A DNA stretch of 64,000 bases from an uncultured Ruficoccus sp. (GTDB lineage: Bacteria > Verrucomicrobiota > Verrucomicrobiia > Opitutales > Cerasicoccaceae), in NCBI GenBank assembly GCA_965140785.1, contig OZ223481.1, forward strand, positions 320,001-384,000. Direction: 5' to 3'. How positions within the stretch are numbered: position 1 is the stretch's first letter; each line of letters starts with the position of its first letter. The notes below the pieces were generated by a model. The model worked only from the letters and a program-made list of their open reading frames with translations, was not told where the DNA came from and searched no databases. Both the position numbers and the translations under genes were made by a program. This document shows, in pieces, positions 22,533-35,257 of this stretch.

Positions 22533-23483
22533 TCACGCACCGAAGCCGTCGGTGATGATGACGGTGGTCGGGGCGATGGCCTCGAAGGTGAAAGCCTCGT
22601 TGTAGGGCAGCAGGACGTTGGCGCTGCGCGGCACGGTGTCGGCGTCGGTGGTTTCGCGCAGGGCGCCCTCGACCACCCCGAGCAGACGGGGCTGTTCTCC
22701 GGCAGGAAACTCCAGCTTCTCGCCCGGGTTGAGCGTGTGGCGAGTGAGGTTGAACAGCTCCGACTCGGCGATGACCTGGGTCTTGCCCTCGGGGCGCAGG
22801 AGGTCCGGCTCAAAGTCGTTGAAATCGATGCATTGGAGGGACTTTTCGATGTGGAGCTCGCGGGGCTTGCCGTCGAGCCCGACGCGGCCCCAGTCGTACA
22901 CGCGGTAGGTGGTGTCGGAGTTTTGCTGGATCTCGAGAATGAGGCAGCCGGCGTCGAGGGCGTGGAGGCGTCCGCTGCGCACAAACATCGACTCGCCCTT
23001 TTTGGCGGGGATGCGGTGCACGAGGGGTTCGGCCCGGTTTTCGTGCAGGGCGGTTTCGAACTGCTCGCGGGTGACGCCTTTTTTCAAGCCAACGAGCATG
23101 GCCGCGTCCGGTTCGGCCTCGGCCACGTACCAGTTTTCGGTCTTGGGCTCGCCGCCGAGGCTGGGGGCGATCTCCGCCGGGGGGTGGACCTGGAGGCTCA
23201 GACGGTCCTGGCAGTCCAGCCACTTGACCAGAATGGGAAAGGGCGTGGACGGATCGTAGCCGGGGCCCATGACGGAACCGGCGTGCGTTTCGAGCAACTC
23301 GCGCAGGGTCTTGCCCCGTTGTGGGCCTTCGGCCACCACGGACTGGGCCTCGGGCCGGTCCACGATCTCCCAGCTCTCACCGATAGGGGAGGAGCCGGGC
23401 AGGTCGCGACCGAGCTTCTCGGAGAGCCCGCGACCGCCCCAGACGCGTTCCTGATAGATGGGCTTAAAAGTGTACATGCGCAT
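22533..23483 (-). CDS. manA: Class I mannose-6-phosphate isomerase
   Basis: ERVWGG, IGESWEI, LSLQVHP, KTENWY, LEIQQNSDTTYRVYDWGR. Confidence 0.92.
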   Translation of the reverse strand: MRMYTFKPIYQERVWGGRGLSEKLGRDLPGSSPIGESWEIVDRPEAQSVVAEGPQRGKTLRELLETHAGSVMGPGYDPSTPFPILVKWLDCQDRLSLQVHPPAEIAPSLGGEPKTENWYVAEAEPDAAMLVGLKKGVTREQFETALHENRAEPLVHRIPAKKGESMFVRSGRLHALDAGCLILEIQQNSDTTYRVYDWGRVGLDGKPRELHIEKSLQCIDFNDFEPDLLRPEGKTQVIAESELFNLTRHTLNPGEKLEFPAGEQPRLLGVVEGALRETTDADTVPRSANVLLPYNEAFTFEAIAPTTVIITDGFGA

Positions 23484-23719
23484 GCCAAAAGGAATAGACG
23501 GCCCCCGCGTTCAGGTCAAGCAGCCGGACACTCCGGCTGGAGTAGCAATGATGGGGCAGAGCCCCGTGGCTGCACGGTAACACCGGGGATTCGCAAAATT
23601 GTTGGTCCCGGCTCTGGTCCTGAGGTGTTCGCTTCGCTCTACAGGCTTTTGGCCGGGCAATGTCATGAAAACACCGGGTTTCGGGGTTCGGACTTGTTTT
23701 TGAACATGCGCGGACTAGG

Positions 23720-26320
<2,601 letters not shown>

Positions 26321-26535
26321 GTTTGAGAGTTTGAGCGTTGGGGAGCGGGCTGAGCGCGTGCGCGGAGATAGCCGTCAGGGGCGAGTTTTTTACACACGTA
26401 CAGAAGCCCGTGGGGTCATCGGGGGCTCTCGCCGCCGCTTGCGGTCCTTATCGCTGAGGCCGGAAATTCTCGTCGGCACGGGGGCGGAGCCTTAACGCCG
26501 CCGATGGCTAAATGCGCTTGGACCGGGTACCTGTA

Positions 26536-28521
26536 TCAATCCTGGGAAAGATAAGTGTTCTCGTTTAAGATGCGCTGGATATGTTGCTTGTACAGTTTAA
26601 GCGGCTTCAAGTCCATATCGACGTCGTGGTCGCTAAACTTTTCTATGCGGGCTGTTCCAGCTTTCATACGCTGTTCGCTGAATTTTAACTCGCGCAAGCG
26701 GGTATCCGATGCTTCTAAGAGATCATGGATCAGGGACAAAAATTCCAAGTCATCTTTAATACTCTGTCTCTCTGTCGGACTCATTTCAGCCGCCTTTTTA
26801 TTGGTCTGAACGAGTTGATATAAGGCATCAAATCCGGGGTTGGGCTTGTCAGTTTCTGCTGCCTTGAGTTCTAGCGCATCGCTAAAGATTTTTGTCATGT
26901 TCACCAATGAAGCGCTGGGCATGTTATCCAAATCGGACGAATAGATGAAACCATCCATCAGTTGAGTGCAGCCGGGGAACCTAAGCTCTAGTAATGTCAT
27001 GGCCAACGCGTAGCTGTCCATTTCAGAGCCATAATCATGGTCTGCCACCCCTAATCGGGTGTACTCAGAGCCGTCATGGCCTTCGAAAGAATAGAAGCTT
27101 TTCTCGTGCAACTGGTAGTCGCTACCTTCGGCTTGCTCTGATATATCCGGGCCCAGTTTCATCAGGTAACGGTGCCCGCCCAGAGTGATGTTGTTGCCAT
27201 CATAGAGGAGGCTATCCGGGCAGATGTGGTCGTGAAGGCAATTTCTCGAGGCTAAGGTGTTTAGGATATGCATGCATTGGGCGGCTATCTTCTTCAGTTG
27301 GAGATGTTCCAGTCCGCCGTAGCGCGAGAGCTCAATGCCGGTAGCTGTACGCAGCTCAATGCCGTTATCATCATCACTTAAATACTCTATTATGCTTTTC
27401 TGTTCTTTGGAAGGAACTGGAAAATATACTCCCACGATGGAGAGGCTTACCGGGTTCTTGGAGTTCTGGTCCTTGGGATGATTGGCGGGATCTAGAAACT
27501 CACGCACATTATTCCCCTCGTTTTTGACGAAAGTTAATGCACCTTTTTCCCTTTTCTTCATCTTTTGATCATCCTTAATCAGGTAGTACGCGGGGACTTG
27601 AATCCCATCGTCCTGAGGGAGATAGGTATAGGCTATAACCGCCGTTTGAATAGGAAAAGGGGAAAACTTTTCGCGATTTTCAAGCGTATCCAGGCAGTTG
27701 CTGTCTTGCTTCGTGTGAGCGTGGCGTAGTAACTCATACTGACGGTCTGGATTGTTTTTTTCGGCTATGCATTGAGGGAAGCCTGAGTAGTCTTCGGAAA
27801 TGGCTTTATCACCGTCGATAATCACAGGGCCTTTGTTGGCATTAACAGGCGGGACGTGTATGTCTGTGATCGTCTTACCGGGGTTGTTACGTGGGGATTC
27901 CTCAAAATCTATCTTAATCTCTTCCTCATTTTCGCGGGAGAAGGTCTCCATGTCTTCCTGGGTCTGCGCGGGGATATCCGGCTCTAACCGGGGAGACTCC
28001 CTGTCACGGCTTAAAAAAGGCTTGTCTTTCAATAACGAAAACAGGAGCCCGTCCTTGTGCTTGAGTGTGGCCAGGGCTTCGTCCACAGGCAGCTTTTTTT
28101 GGGAGACGGCGTCGAGTGTTTCCAGATAGGTGGCCAGGGAGCGCGTGCCGATACGGTTGTAGCGTTGCTCACAGTAGGAGGCGAAAACCTGTTGCAGCTT
28201 CCGGAGGGTGAGGGGGTTAATTTTGGAGCCGTAGGATCTCTCGATCAGCGTTTCCAGAACCTGGCGTGTCCGGGTCATGGCAGGTTCTTTTCGTGCGCAA
28301 ATCTGATACCATGACTTGCGTTCAAAGGCCAGGGTTTGGTTGGGGTCGTGGGCATGCATGACGCGCATGACCCCGCTTTTGACGCTGCCATCCGCGTGAA
28401 AAAGGTTTGCCCTCAAGCCCTGCAGAAGCGATTCGGCCTTGTCGGCAGAGACCTTCTGCAGACTCGGGTTGTCATAGATGTTTCCGGAGAATCCGGTGAC
28501 GCCTGTTATTTGGGTCGGCAT
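26536..28521 (-). CDS. Hypothetical protein with degenerate Ser/Thr-kinase-like C-terminal domain (pseudokinase)
   Basis: 661-aa ORF in visibly lower-GC DNA; kinase-ordered motifs YYLIK, KNE, IIEYL, IAAQCMHILNTL, LHDHICPDSLL, EMDSYALAMTLLEL. Confidence 0.65.
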   Translation of the reverse strand: MPTQITGVTGFSGNIYDNPSLQKVSADKAESLLQGLRANLFHADGSVKSGVMRVMHAHDPNQTLAFERKSWYQICARKEPAMTRTRQVLETLIERSYGSKINPLTLRKLQQVFASYCEQRYNRIGTRSLATYLETLDAVSQKKLPVDEALATLKHKDGLLFSLLKDKPFLSRDRESPRLEPDIPAQTQEDMETFSRENEEEIKIDFEESPRNNPGKTITDIHVPPVNANKGPVIIDGDKAISEDYSGFPQCIAEKNNPDRQYELLRHAHTKQDSNCLDTLENREKFSPFPIQTAVIAYTYLPQDDGIQVPAYYLIKDDQKMKKREKGALTFVKNEGNNVREFLDPANHPKDQNSKNPVSLSIVGVYFPVPSKEQKSIIEYLSDDDNGIELRTATGIELSRYGGLEHLQLKKIAAQCMHILNTLASRNCLHDHICPDSLLYDGNNITLGGHRYLMKLGPDISEQAEGSDYQLHEKSFYSFEGHDGSEYTRLGVADHDYGSEMDSYALAMTLLELRFPGCTQLMDGFIYSSDLDNMPSASLVNMTKIFSDALELKAAETDKPNPGFDALYQLVQTNKKAAEMSPTERQSIKDDLEFLSLIHDLLEASDTRLRELKFSEQRMKAGTARIEKFSDHDVDMDLKPLKLYKQHIQRILNENTYLSQD

Positions 28522-28911
28522 AATGACTGAGGATTATTAATGCTCCACGATGGGCATAAGCTCGTCTATCTGTCCCTTGTAGGAATACTACAATGAGTCA
28601 GTTCTTATAGCCTGTCAATCACAGCCAGTGAGTATCGAATAAGATATATGCGCACAAAAACCAGGTCGAGTTAACTGATGTGAGCCACGAGGTTCGTCTG
28701 TCTGCTGGGTTGATAGAGGCGGGTGAGGTCAGCTTAAACGAACTTTCGGCACCTGCGTAGCGTGGGGTGAGATTTCTGTAGGCAAACGACCCTTGACTGC
28801 GAGCCACGGGGGCAACGCCCCATCCGAATGCGAAAGCATCCTGGGTGCGGGGCATGCCCTGCTTTCTGCCTTGCCATTGGTTGGGGAATTCTCACAGACT
28901 CAGGATTTTAC

Positions 28912-29808
28912 ATGCCTAACATCGGGGACAGATTAGAGGAAGCACGTAAGCGTCAGGGTATCTCCATCCGCGAGGCTGCCGAGGCGACGAAGGTCCGCAG
29001 CGACTTCCTGACGAATTTCGAGAACAACCAGTTCGACTTCGATCTGCCCGAGGTTTACAAGCGCGGCTTCCTGAAAATTTACGGCCGCTACCTCAAGCTG
29101 GACGAAGACAAGCTGATGACGGACTACAACGCCGTCCTGCTCGGCTCCAGCAAGGTCGCCTCCAAGCGCGAGAATCGGGAATTTTTCGGGCGGATGGATC
29201 TGCCCGATGAGCCCAAGACCCTTGGCAGCACCGAGTCGGCCCCGCCCTTTGGCGAGCACAGCGCCAAGGTCGTCAAGACCGCCAAGCTCAAGGACCGCCC
29301 CAGCTCCGGCCCGGCCGACCCGATGGAGCAGAAGACCGATTCTGCCCTGTACTGGAAGATCGGCCTGATCGTGGCGGGCACATTTGTGCTGGTCGGCCTG
29401 CTGGCCGTGTTGGTGAACATCCTGATCAGCCCGAGCGGTTCGGTGGAGCCCGTAGATGATGTGGCATCCACCCCTCCCGCCGCCGTGACCCCGGAAGTCC
29501 CGGCTGACTCGACGGTCAGTCCCGCCGCCATGAACCCGGCGGAGAACGGCGAGGTTACCATCATCGCCACCGGCGCCACACGCGTGATCGTGCGCCAGGA
29601 AAACAACGGTGAAAAACTTTTCAGCGCCTCAATGAACGCGGGCGAATCCGTTACCCTTGAGCGCAACGGCGTCATCCGGGTGGTCAGCCCCGAGATCCAG
29701 AATGTCACCGTTCAGATCGGTGGCGAGCGCTTCAAGTCCAACCAGAGCGGCCTGCGCCAGACCTGGTACGGGATGGACGGCCCCATTGCCCCGCCGACCA
29801 GCCGATAA
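28912..29808 (+). CDS. rodZ: RodZ-like cell shape protein (HTH, TM, DUF4115-like periplasmic domain)
   Basis: IGDRLEEARKRQGISIREAAEATKVR, LPEVYKRGFLKIYGRYLKL, one TM, beta-rich C-terminus. Confidence 0.8.
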   Translation: MPNIGDRLEEARKRQGISIREAAEATKVRSDFLTNFENNQFDFDLPEVYKRGFLKIYGRYLKLDEDKLMTDYNAVLLGSSKVASKRENREFFGRMDLPDEPKTLGSTESAPPFGEHSAKVVKTAKLKDRPSSGPADPMEQKTDSALYWKIGLIVAGTFVLVGLLAVLVNILISPSGSVEPVDDVASTPPAAVTPEVPADSTVSPAAMNPAENGEVTIIATGATRVIVRQENNGEKLFSASMNAGESVTLERNGVIRVVSPEIQNVTVQIGGERFKSNQSGLRQTWYGMDGPIAPPTSR

Positions 29809-29826
29809 TTTAAAGCCCTTTTTCTT

Positions 29827-30297
29827 ATGAAAGCTAACACCCATCTGAGAATCCTCGGTTGGGTGTTCTGTTTGGGGATGGCGGTGACGGTAGCCCACGC
29901 AGAGTCCTCCCCGTCGGCTGACGCGACGACTGCCGAGAGTTCCCCCGATTCTCTCGCCCCTGTCGCGCCGGCGGTGACAGAGCCGGTAGCCACCGAGACA
30001 AGCGCGGATTTGCCCGAGGCCGAAAAGCCGCAGACGGGCAAGGTGACGCTCGTCTCAAGCGGCAATACTTACCTGCTCGTGCGCCAGGAAAAGGACACAA
30101 AGATCCTCTTCAAAGGCAGGGTCCATGCAGGCCAGACGATCGAACTGGAGCGCACCGGGGTCGTCCGCGTGGTCAGCCCCGAGATCGAGTGCATCGCCGT
30201 CAAAATCGGAGACAAGACCTACAAGTCCAACGACATCGGCCTGCGCCAGACCTGGTACGGCCTGGACGGTCCGATCCCCCCGCCGCAGGGCCAGTAA
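29827..30297 (+). CDS. Signal-peptide protein paralogous to the RodZ C-terminal domain
   Basis: Signal peptide ending AHA; LERTGVVRVVSPEI and GLRQTWYGLDGPI nearly identical to upstream rodZ. Confidence 0.8.
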   Translation: MKANTHLRILGWVFCLGMAVTVAHAESSPSADATTAESSPDSLAPVAPAVTEPVATETSADLPEAEKPQTGKVTLVSSGNTYLLVRQEKDTKILFKGRVHAGQTIELERTGVVRVVSPEIECIAVKIGDKTYKSNDIGLRQTWYGLDGPIPPPQGQ

Positions 30298-30370
30298 AGG
30301 TTGATGCGGCTGTTGCAAAAAGCTGGGCGCAGGAGCGTGTCTCCGTTGGCGCCGCCGGGAGAATATTCGC

Positions 30371-30493
30371 TGTCATCCTGGGCGAGCGTAGCACGTCGCA
30401 GGACCTCCGCGTATGAATTTCCCCGTGCCTGCCCGGCAGACCGTTCGGGGAGATCCTTCGGCGCGTCCGCAAGCGGACTTGCTCAGGATGACA
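30371..30493. repeat. REP-like inverted repeat (TGTCATCCTG...CAGGATGACA)
   Basis: 10-bp perfect terminal IR; right arm GATCCTTCGGCGCG...GCTCAGGATGACA recurs at 48496-48530. Confidence 0.7.
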
Positions 30494-30567
30494 ACGGGCC
30501 CGGTTTCGGTTTTTCCGCCAAACCCGCCATCTGGCCAGACATCCTTCCCAAGCGGTCGTACTCCGGC

Positions 30568-31176
30568 CTATTCCTCGTCTTTTTCCAGAACGGCGGTCGG
30601 GGTCTTGTCGAAGCTGCGTTCCAGCTCCGCCATGATGTGGTTGAATCGCTGGAAGGCCGGATCGTAGTCGTCGCTCAAAACCGTGAAGCGCACTTTGAAG
30701 AAGCGGCCTTTGTAAGCGGTCAGGAAGGTGAAGGACTGGCGCAGGCCGGGGTCCTGCGTGCCGAGGATCGCATCGCCCTTTTCGGTCTGACGGTAGGTGA
30801 CGTGCCCGAAGAGGAAGGGAACGGTTTCGCCGGTCAGGTCGATCGTCCCCTGGCCGAACTGGGGCTTTGAAATGTCGGCGTAGAAACCGCGCCTGCCCAT
30901 GAGGTTAATGCTGGCGAAGACCGTAGCGAACTCCCGTTTGACGACCTCGGAGAGGCCGGTCCCCAGGTCGGTCTGACCGTTATTGTAGAAATAAATGTCG
31001 AACTTGTCCGAGCTTTGCGGGAGCTGGTAGCGCAGGCTGAACCCCAGGCCGGGGTCGTCATAGATACGCACGCCTTTCAGGGTCCAATCCCCGACATGCT
31101 CGGGAAAGACGCCGTCTGCGTGACAGAGCGTAAAGGTGAACAGGCAGGCGAGGAGGAGCAGCGATTTTCGGATCAT
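30568..31176 (-). CDS. Secreted hypothetical protein
   Basis: Signal peptide MIRKSLLLLACLFTFTLCHA; typical codon usage; start moved to ATG 31176. Confidence 0.65.
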   Translation of the reverse strand: MIRKSLLLLACLFTFTLCHADGVFPEHVGDWTLKGVRIYDDPGLGFSLRYQLPQSSDKFDIYFYNNGQTDLGTGLSEVVKREFATVFASINLMGRRGFYADISKPQFGQGTIDLTGETVPFLFGHVTYRQTEKGDAILGTQDPGLRQSFTFLTAYKGRFFKVRFTVLSDDYDPAFQRFNHIMAELERSFDKTPTAVLEKDEE

Positions 31177-31231
31177 AGAGGAGCTGGGTTGAGGCACATC
31201 CATCCAGGCCAGACTCTCCAACTCTGAACCC

Positions 31232-31927
31232 TCAGACTTTCCAGTGCGGGTAGAGTTGGTCGTCGCGGCGCAGGCCGACGGGGGTGCCGAGAATTTCGTA
31301 GTGCAGGACGGCCTTGCGGAGGGCCAGCGGATCGCGCAGATCCTTGCGCAGGCTACCGGCGACCGAATTGACATAAGCGGTGTGATGGCGCTTGCGACGG
31401 GTGACCAGCTTTTGGGCGACCAGCTCCCGGGCCTGCTTGCGGGCGGCATCGGCTTTGCGCTCGGCGGCTTCGATCTCTCGCTGGCGCGCCTCAAATTCGG
31501 CCATGTAGTTGCGTGCCTCGCCGTAGGCCGGTTCACTGCTGGGGGCCGGCTGGGGAAAACGCTGGCGACGGTGGGCGACCTCGCGCGACGAGGTCATGGG
31601 GCGGGGAGCCTCCAGCGGGGAGGGCATGCGCTCGGGGCGGTGCAGGGGGGGCGGTCCCGGCTCGTCCGCCTGCTCGCGCGGGTAAACAGGGCCGGACTCC
31701 GCGCGCGGCTGGCCGGATTCGCCCCGCCGCTCGGCGATCTTGCGGCGGATTTCCTCCTGGATGCGGCGGGCGCGCTCGTTGTCGTCGTTGGCTGGGTGGT
31801 CGAGCGGGGTGTAGCGCCGGGAGCTGCCCTCGTCCGCGTCCTTCTTCTTCCCGAGCTGGATCGCCGCATTGATGGCCCAGATGATGAAGACCACGATCGG
31901 CACGAGCCACTCGGTGAGATTATCCAT
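31232..31927 (-). CDS. Hypothetical membrane-anchored protein downstream of floA (YqfB-like position)
   Basis: N-terminal TM, Pro-rich middle, C-terminal LRKAVLHYEILGTPVGLR motif. Confidence 0.65.
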   Translation of the reverse strand: MDNLTEWLVPIVVFIIWAINAAIQLGKKKDADEGSSRRYTPLDHPANDDNERARRIQEEIRRKIAERRGESGQPRAESGPVYPREQADEPGPPPLHRPERMPSPLEAPRPMTSSREVAHRRQRFPQPAPSSEPAYGEARNYMAEFEARQREIEAAERKADAARKQARELVAQKLVTRRKRHHTAYVNSVAGSLRKDLRDPLALRKAVLHYEILGTPVGLRRDDQLYPHWKV

Positions 31928-31988
31928 AATGGTGAAAGCGAGTTAGAGTCAGTCGGAACGGTCGCTAAGGCAGTGTCGGTCCGGAGCC

Positions 31989-33029
31989 TCAGCCCTGCGA
32001 GTGGTCATCCTCTTCGGGCTTGGAGATGGACTCGCGCATGGCGGTGTCGGACTGGATGTTCTGGAGGCGGTAGTAGTCCATGAAGCCCATCTTGCCGGAG
32101 CGCAGGGACTCGGCCAGGGCGAGCGGAACCTCGGCCTCGGCCTCGACGACCTTGGCCTGCATCTCCTGCACGCGGGCCTTCATCTCCTGTTCGAGGGCGA
32201 CGGCGGCGGCGCGGCGGATTTCGGCCTGGGCCTGGGCCATGTTCTTGTTGGCGATGGCCTGGGCCTCCTGCAGCTTGGCCCCGATGTTGTCGCCCACGTC
32301 CACGTCGGCGATGTCGATGGAAATAATTTCAAAGGCCGTGCCCACGTCGAGGCCGCGTTCGAGCACGTTTTTGGAAATGCGGTCCGGGTTTTCGAGGACG
32401 AACTTGTAGCTCTCGGCCGAGCCGATGGTGGTGACGATGCCCTCGCCCACGCGGGCGATAATGGTTTCCTCCAGGGCGTTACCGACATAATGATCGAGGT
32501 TCGAGCGCACGGTCACGCGGGCGCGGGCTTTGACCTGGATGCCGTCCTTGGCCACGCCGTCGATGGTGTTGCGGCCGCTACCGGGCGCGGGGCAGTCAAT
32601 GACCTTCGGGTTGATGGAGGTGTGGACGGCCTCCATGACGGACTTGCTGGTGCCCTTGGTGGCCAGGTCGATGGCGCAGGCTTTGTCCCACTCCAGAAAG
32701 ATGCCCGCCTTCTTGGCGTTAATGAGCGCCTGAACGGTTTCGATGATGTTGCCCCCGGCCATGTACTGGGTCTCGATCTGGTTGATCGAGAGGTCGATCC
32801 CGGCTTTGACCGCCATGATGCGCGCATCGACGATGATCGAGTACGGTAGGCGGCGGAAGAAGCGCATCGCAATCAGCGTGCCGATGCCGACCTGAGCGCC
32901 GGAGGAGAGGGCCTTCATCCACACCGTGAAGAAGGAGATGAAAACGAAAAACAGGACGAGGACGAGAAGTCCCAGGATGGCGAGCCCGACGAGGGCGATG
33001 GGATTGGCGGCGAGTGCGGGAGTAATCAT
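31989..33029 (-). CDS. floA: Flotillin-like protein FloA (YqfA)
   Basis: [61 protein letters not shown]. Confidence 0.93.
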   Translation of the reverse strand: MITPALAANPIALVGLAILGLLVLVLFFVFISFFTVWMKALSSGAQVGIGTLIAMRFFRRLPYSIIVDARIMAVKAGIDLSINQIETQYMAGGNIIETVQALINAKKAGIFLEWDKACAIDLATKGTSKSVMEAVHTSINPKVIDCPAPGSGRNTIDGVAKDGIQVKARARVTVRSNLDHYVGNALEETIIARVGEGIVTTIGSAESYKFVLENPDRISKNVLERGLDVGTAFEIISIDIADVDVGDNIGAKLQEAQAIANKNMAQAQAEIRRAAAVALEQEMKARVQEMQAKVVEAEAEVPLALAESLRSGKMGFMDYYRLQNIQSDTAMRESISKPEEDDHSQG

Positions 33030-33493
33030 GACAATGGTTTGATAATCAGTTTAAAGCTTTCAACGCGCACCACCTCGATCGGGGTGCCTTTGGCGACATA
33101 TCCGCCCTGGGCGGCGGCTTCATAAGTGCGCTCGCCAATCCGGACCCTGCCCGAGGGAGCCATGGTTGTCAAGGCGGTCCCCGCCTGTCCACGTAGCGAG
33201 TCGTCCCCGGCGGGCGCGTTGGCCCCGCCCTGGATGGAGCCCTCCGAGCGCAGGAACCCGCCGAAGCGCGAGCTTTTGAGCAATTGCAGTTCGACGAGGA
33301 AAAAGATCAGTCCGAGCAAGGCCGAGCCGATAAGCACGCTCAGACCGGGCATAAGCCCGTAGCCGACATAGGTCAGGTACGAGGCCCCCAGCAAGCACCC
33401 CGCCCCGATGATGGCGAGAATCCCGCCCGGCAGAAAAATCTCCAGGAAGAACAGCACCAGAGCGGCGACAATGAGGACGATGATCAGGGTCAT
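33026..33493 (-). CDS. Short NfeD family protein
   Basis: [16 protein letters not shown] region plus C-terminal OB fold ([13 protein letters not shown]). Confidence 0.8.
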   Translation of the reverse strand: MTLIIVLIVAALVLFFLEIFLPGGILAIIGAGCLLGASYLTYVGYGLMPGLSVLIGSALLGLIFFLVELQLLKSSRFGGFLRSEGSIQGGANAPAGDDSLRGQAGTALTTMAPSGRVRIGERTYEAAAQGGYVAKGTPIEVVRVESFKLIIKPLS

Positions 33494-35103
33494 GAGGCGG
33501 ATTCGGAAAGTTCAACCACCAGCGCGAAGCTGACACGCTGGACGACGACGACCGGCTGGCCGCGGCGGATTTCCCCGGTCGTGCAACGGGCCTGATAGCT
33601 CTGGCCGTCGATCTCGACCAGGCCCATCGGGTGCAGGTCGCGGATGACGACGCCGCGCGCGCCCAGATCAGGCAGCGCGGTCTGCCCGGAGGAGGAGCTG
33701 CCGCCCCCGGCGTCCACCTCGGAGACGCCGCCGACTTGGCCGACGGAGATGAAGCGCTTGAAGAGGGTCGAGTTCGGCAGGAAGCGCCAGATCAGGGCCA
33801 GCCCGACACCCGCCAGGGCGAGCGCGATGAGGGCGTTCTGGACCGCGTCCAGGAGCGCCTCGGTGCTGATGGTGACGCCGCCGTCCGGCGTGGGCCAGAT
33901 GTCGGCCATGGACCAGACGATGGCCGTGACGATGCTGATCAGCCCGAGGAGGGCCACGACCGTGACCCCGGGGAAGAAAAGCAGCTCCAACACGATCAGC
34001 AGCACGCCCGCCAGAAAGAGCAGAATGGGCTCGTTGCCCGCCAGCCCGGCGAAGCTGTTACCCAGGAAAGCCAGCACGACCAGCGCGATCCCGAGCCCGC
34101 CGAGCAGGCCGAAGTTCGGCGTCTTGATCTCGACGATGATGAGCAGGATGCCAATGGAGATGAGGACCGGCGCGATGGTGGTGAACCACTTGGCGAACTC
34201 CTCGGACCAGGTGAGGTGAAACTCGCGGATGCGGTAGTTACCCGGGCCGTAGCGCTGGTCGAGCATCTGCTCGACCGAGTCGGCGATACCGGCACCCAGC
34301 AGCGGCTGGGGCGGGTTGCCGTACTCCTTGACGGCTTCGGAAGCGGTCAGGGTGAGCAGTTCGCCCGCGGGCTTGATCACGTGGCCGTCGATTTCGAGCT
34401 CATAACTGTCATCCATCATGGCGCGCTGGACGTCAGCACGGTAGCGGTGGGTCTCGCCCAGCACGCGCACAACGGCGCGCAGGTAGCTGTTGATCTTGCG
34501 CTTCATGCTCTCGTCCACGTTCTGGCCGCTCCCGCCGACGACTTCGGCTGCGCCCATCTTACCCTTGGGGGCGAAGTAAATGGCGTCCGTCGCCACAGCG
34601 ATGTAGGAACCGGCGGAGATAGCGTCCACGTCCACGTAGGTGATGGTTTCGCCCTCGAAGTTATCGAGCGCCTCCATCATATCCAGAGTGGTGTCGAGGC
34701 GACCGCCCGGCGTGTCCATTTGCAGAACCACGGTCTCCACACCATTGGTGATGGCGTCCTTGAGCGCACGGCGCAGGATGTAGAGTTGCGGCGGGCCGAT
34801 GGGGCCCTCGATCGGCACGACATAGACGTCGTAACCGTCCTCGGGCATCGGCAACACGGTCGGAGCGGCGGCAGTGTCCGGAGCAGACGCGGGCGCATTA
34901 TCCGCGGCCTCGGAGGCTGTGATTTCCTCATCGAGCGTAACGGGCTCAGCGGCGCTGTCGGCGGGGGAAATTTCGTCGGATGCCGCATACGCCTGAGCGG
35001 CTGTCGTTTCCGGGGCGCCGGGGTCGGCAGGATCAGCCAAAGCAGGTCCGGAGGGACCGAAAAGGAGCAGCAGAGCGGCAAGCAGTGAAAGCCGGCGGTA
35101 CAT
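33490..35103 (-). CDS. nfeD: Long NfeD (NfeD1b/YqeZ-like) membrane serine protease
   Basis: Signal peptide; MDTPGG, AISAGSYI, LLTLTASEA, EIKTPNFG, C-terminal DLHPMG OB fold. Confidence 0.85.
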   Translation of the reverse strand: MYRRLSLLAALLLLFGPSGPALADPADPGAPETTAAQAYAASDEISPADSAAEPVTLDEEITASEAADNAPASAPDTAAAPTVLPMPEDGYDVYVVPIEGPIGPPQLYILRRALKDAITNGVETVVLQMDTPGGRLDTTLDMMEALDNFEGETITYVDVDAISAGSYIAVATDAIYFAPKGKMGAAEVVGGSGQNVDESMKRKINSYLRAVVRVLGETHRYRADVQRAMMDDSYELEIDGHVIKPAGELLTLTASEAVKEYGNPPQPLLGAGIADSVEQMLDQRYGPGNYRIREFHLTWSEEFAKWFTTIAPVLISIGILLIIVEIKTPNFGLLGGLGIALVVLAFLGNSFAGLAGNEPILLFLAGVLLIVLELLFFPGVTVVALLGLISIVTAIVWSMADIWPTPDGGVTISTEALLDAVQNALIALALAGVGLALIWRFLPNSTLFKRFISVGQVGGVSEVDAGGGSSSSGQTALPDLGARGVVIRDLHPMGLVEIDGQSYQARCTTGEIRRGQPVVVVQRVSFALVVELSESAS

Positions 35104-35257
35104 GGGATTATCCAAGGTAGGAAACGCCCGGATGAAAAGCAAGGCGAACCGGTTATTCTGCCGTCCGAAAACAGCCGGGGCGGGCTTTTCACGGTTTTTT
35201 CAGCGAGGGGAGAATTTCGCTTTATCGGGACGGGGGGAGAGGCTAGCTTTATTCTTC

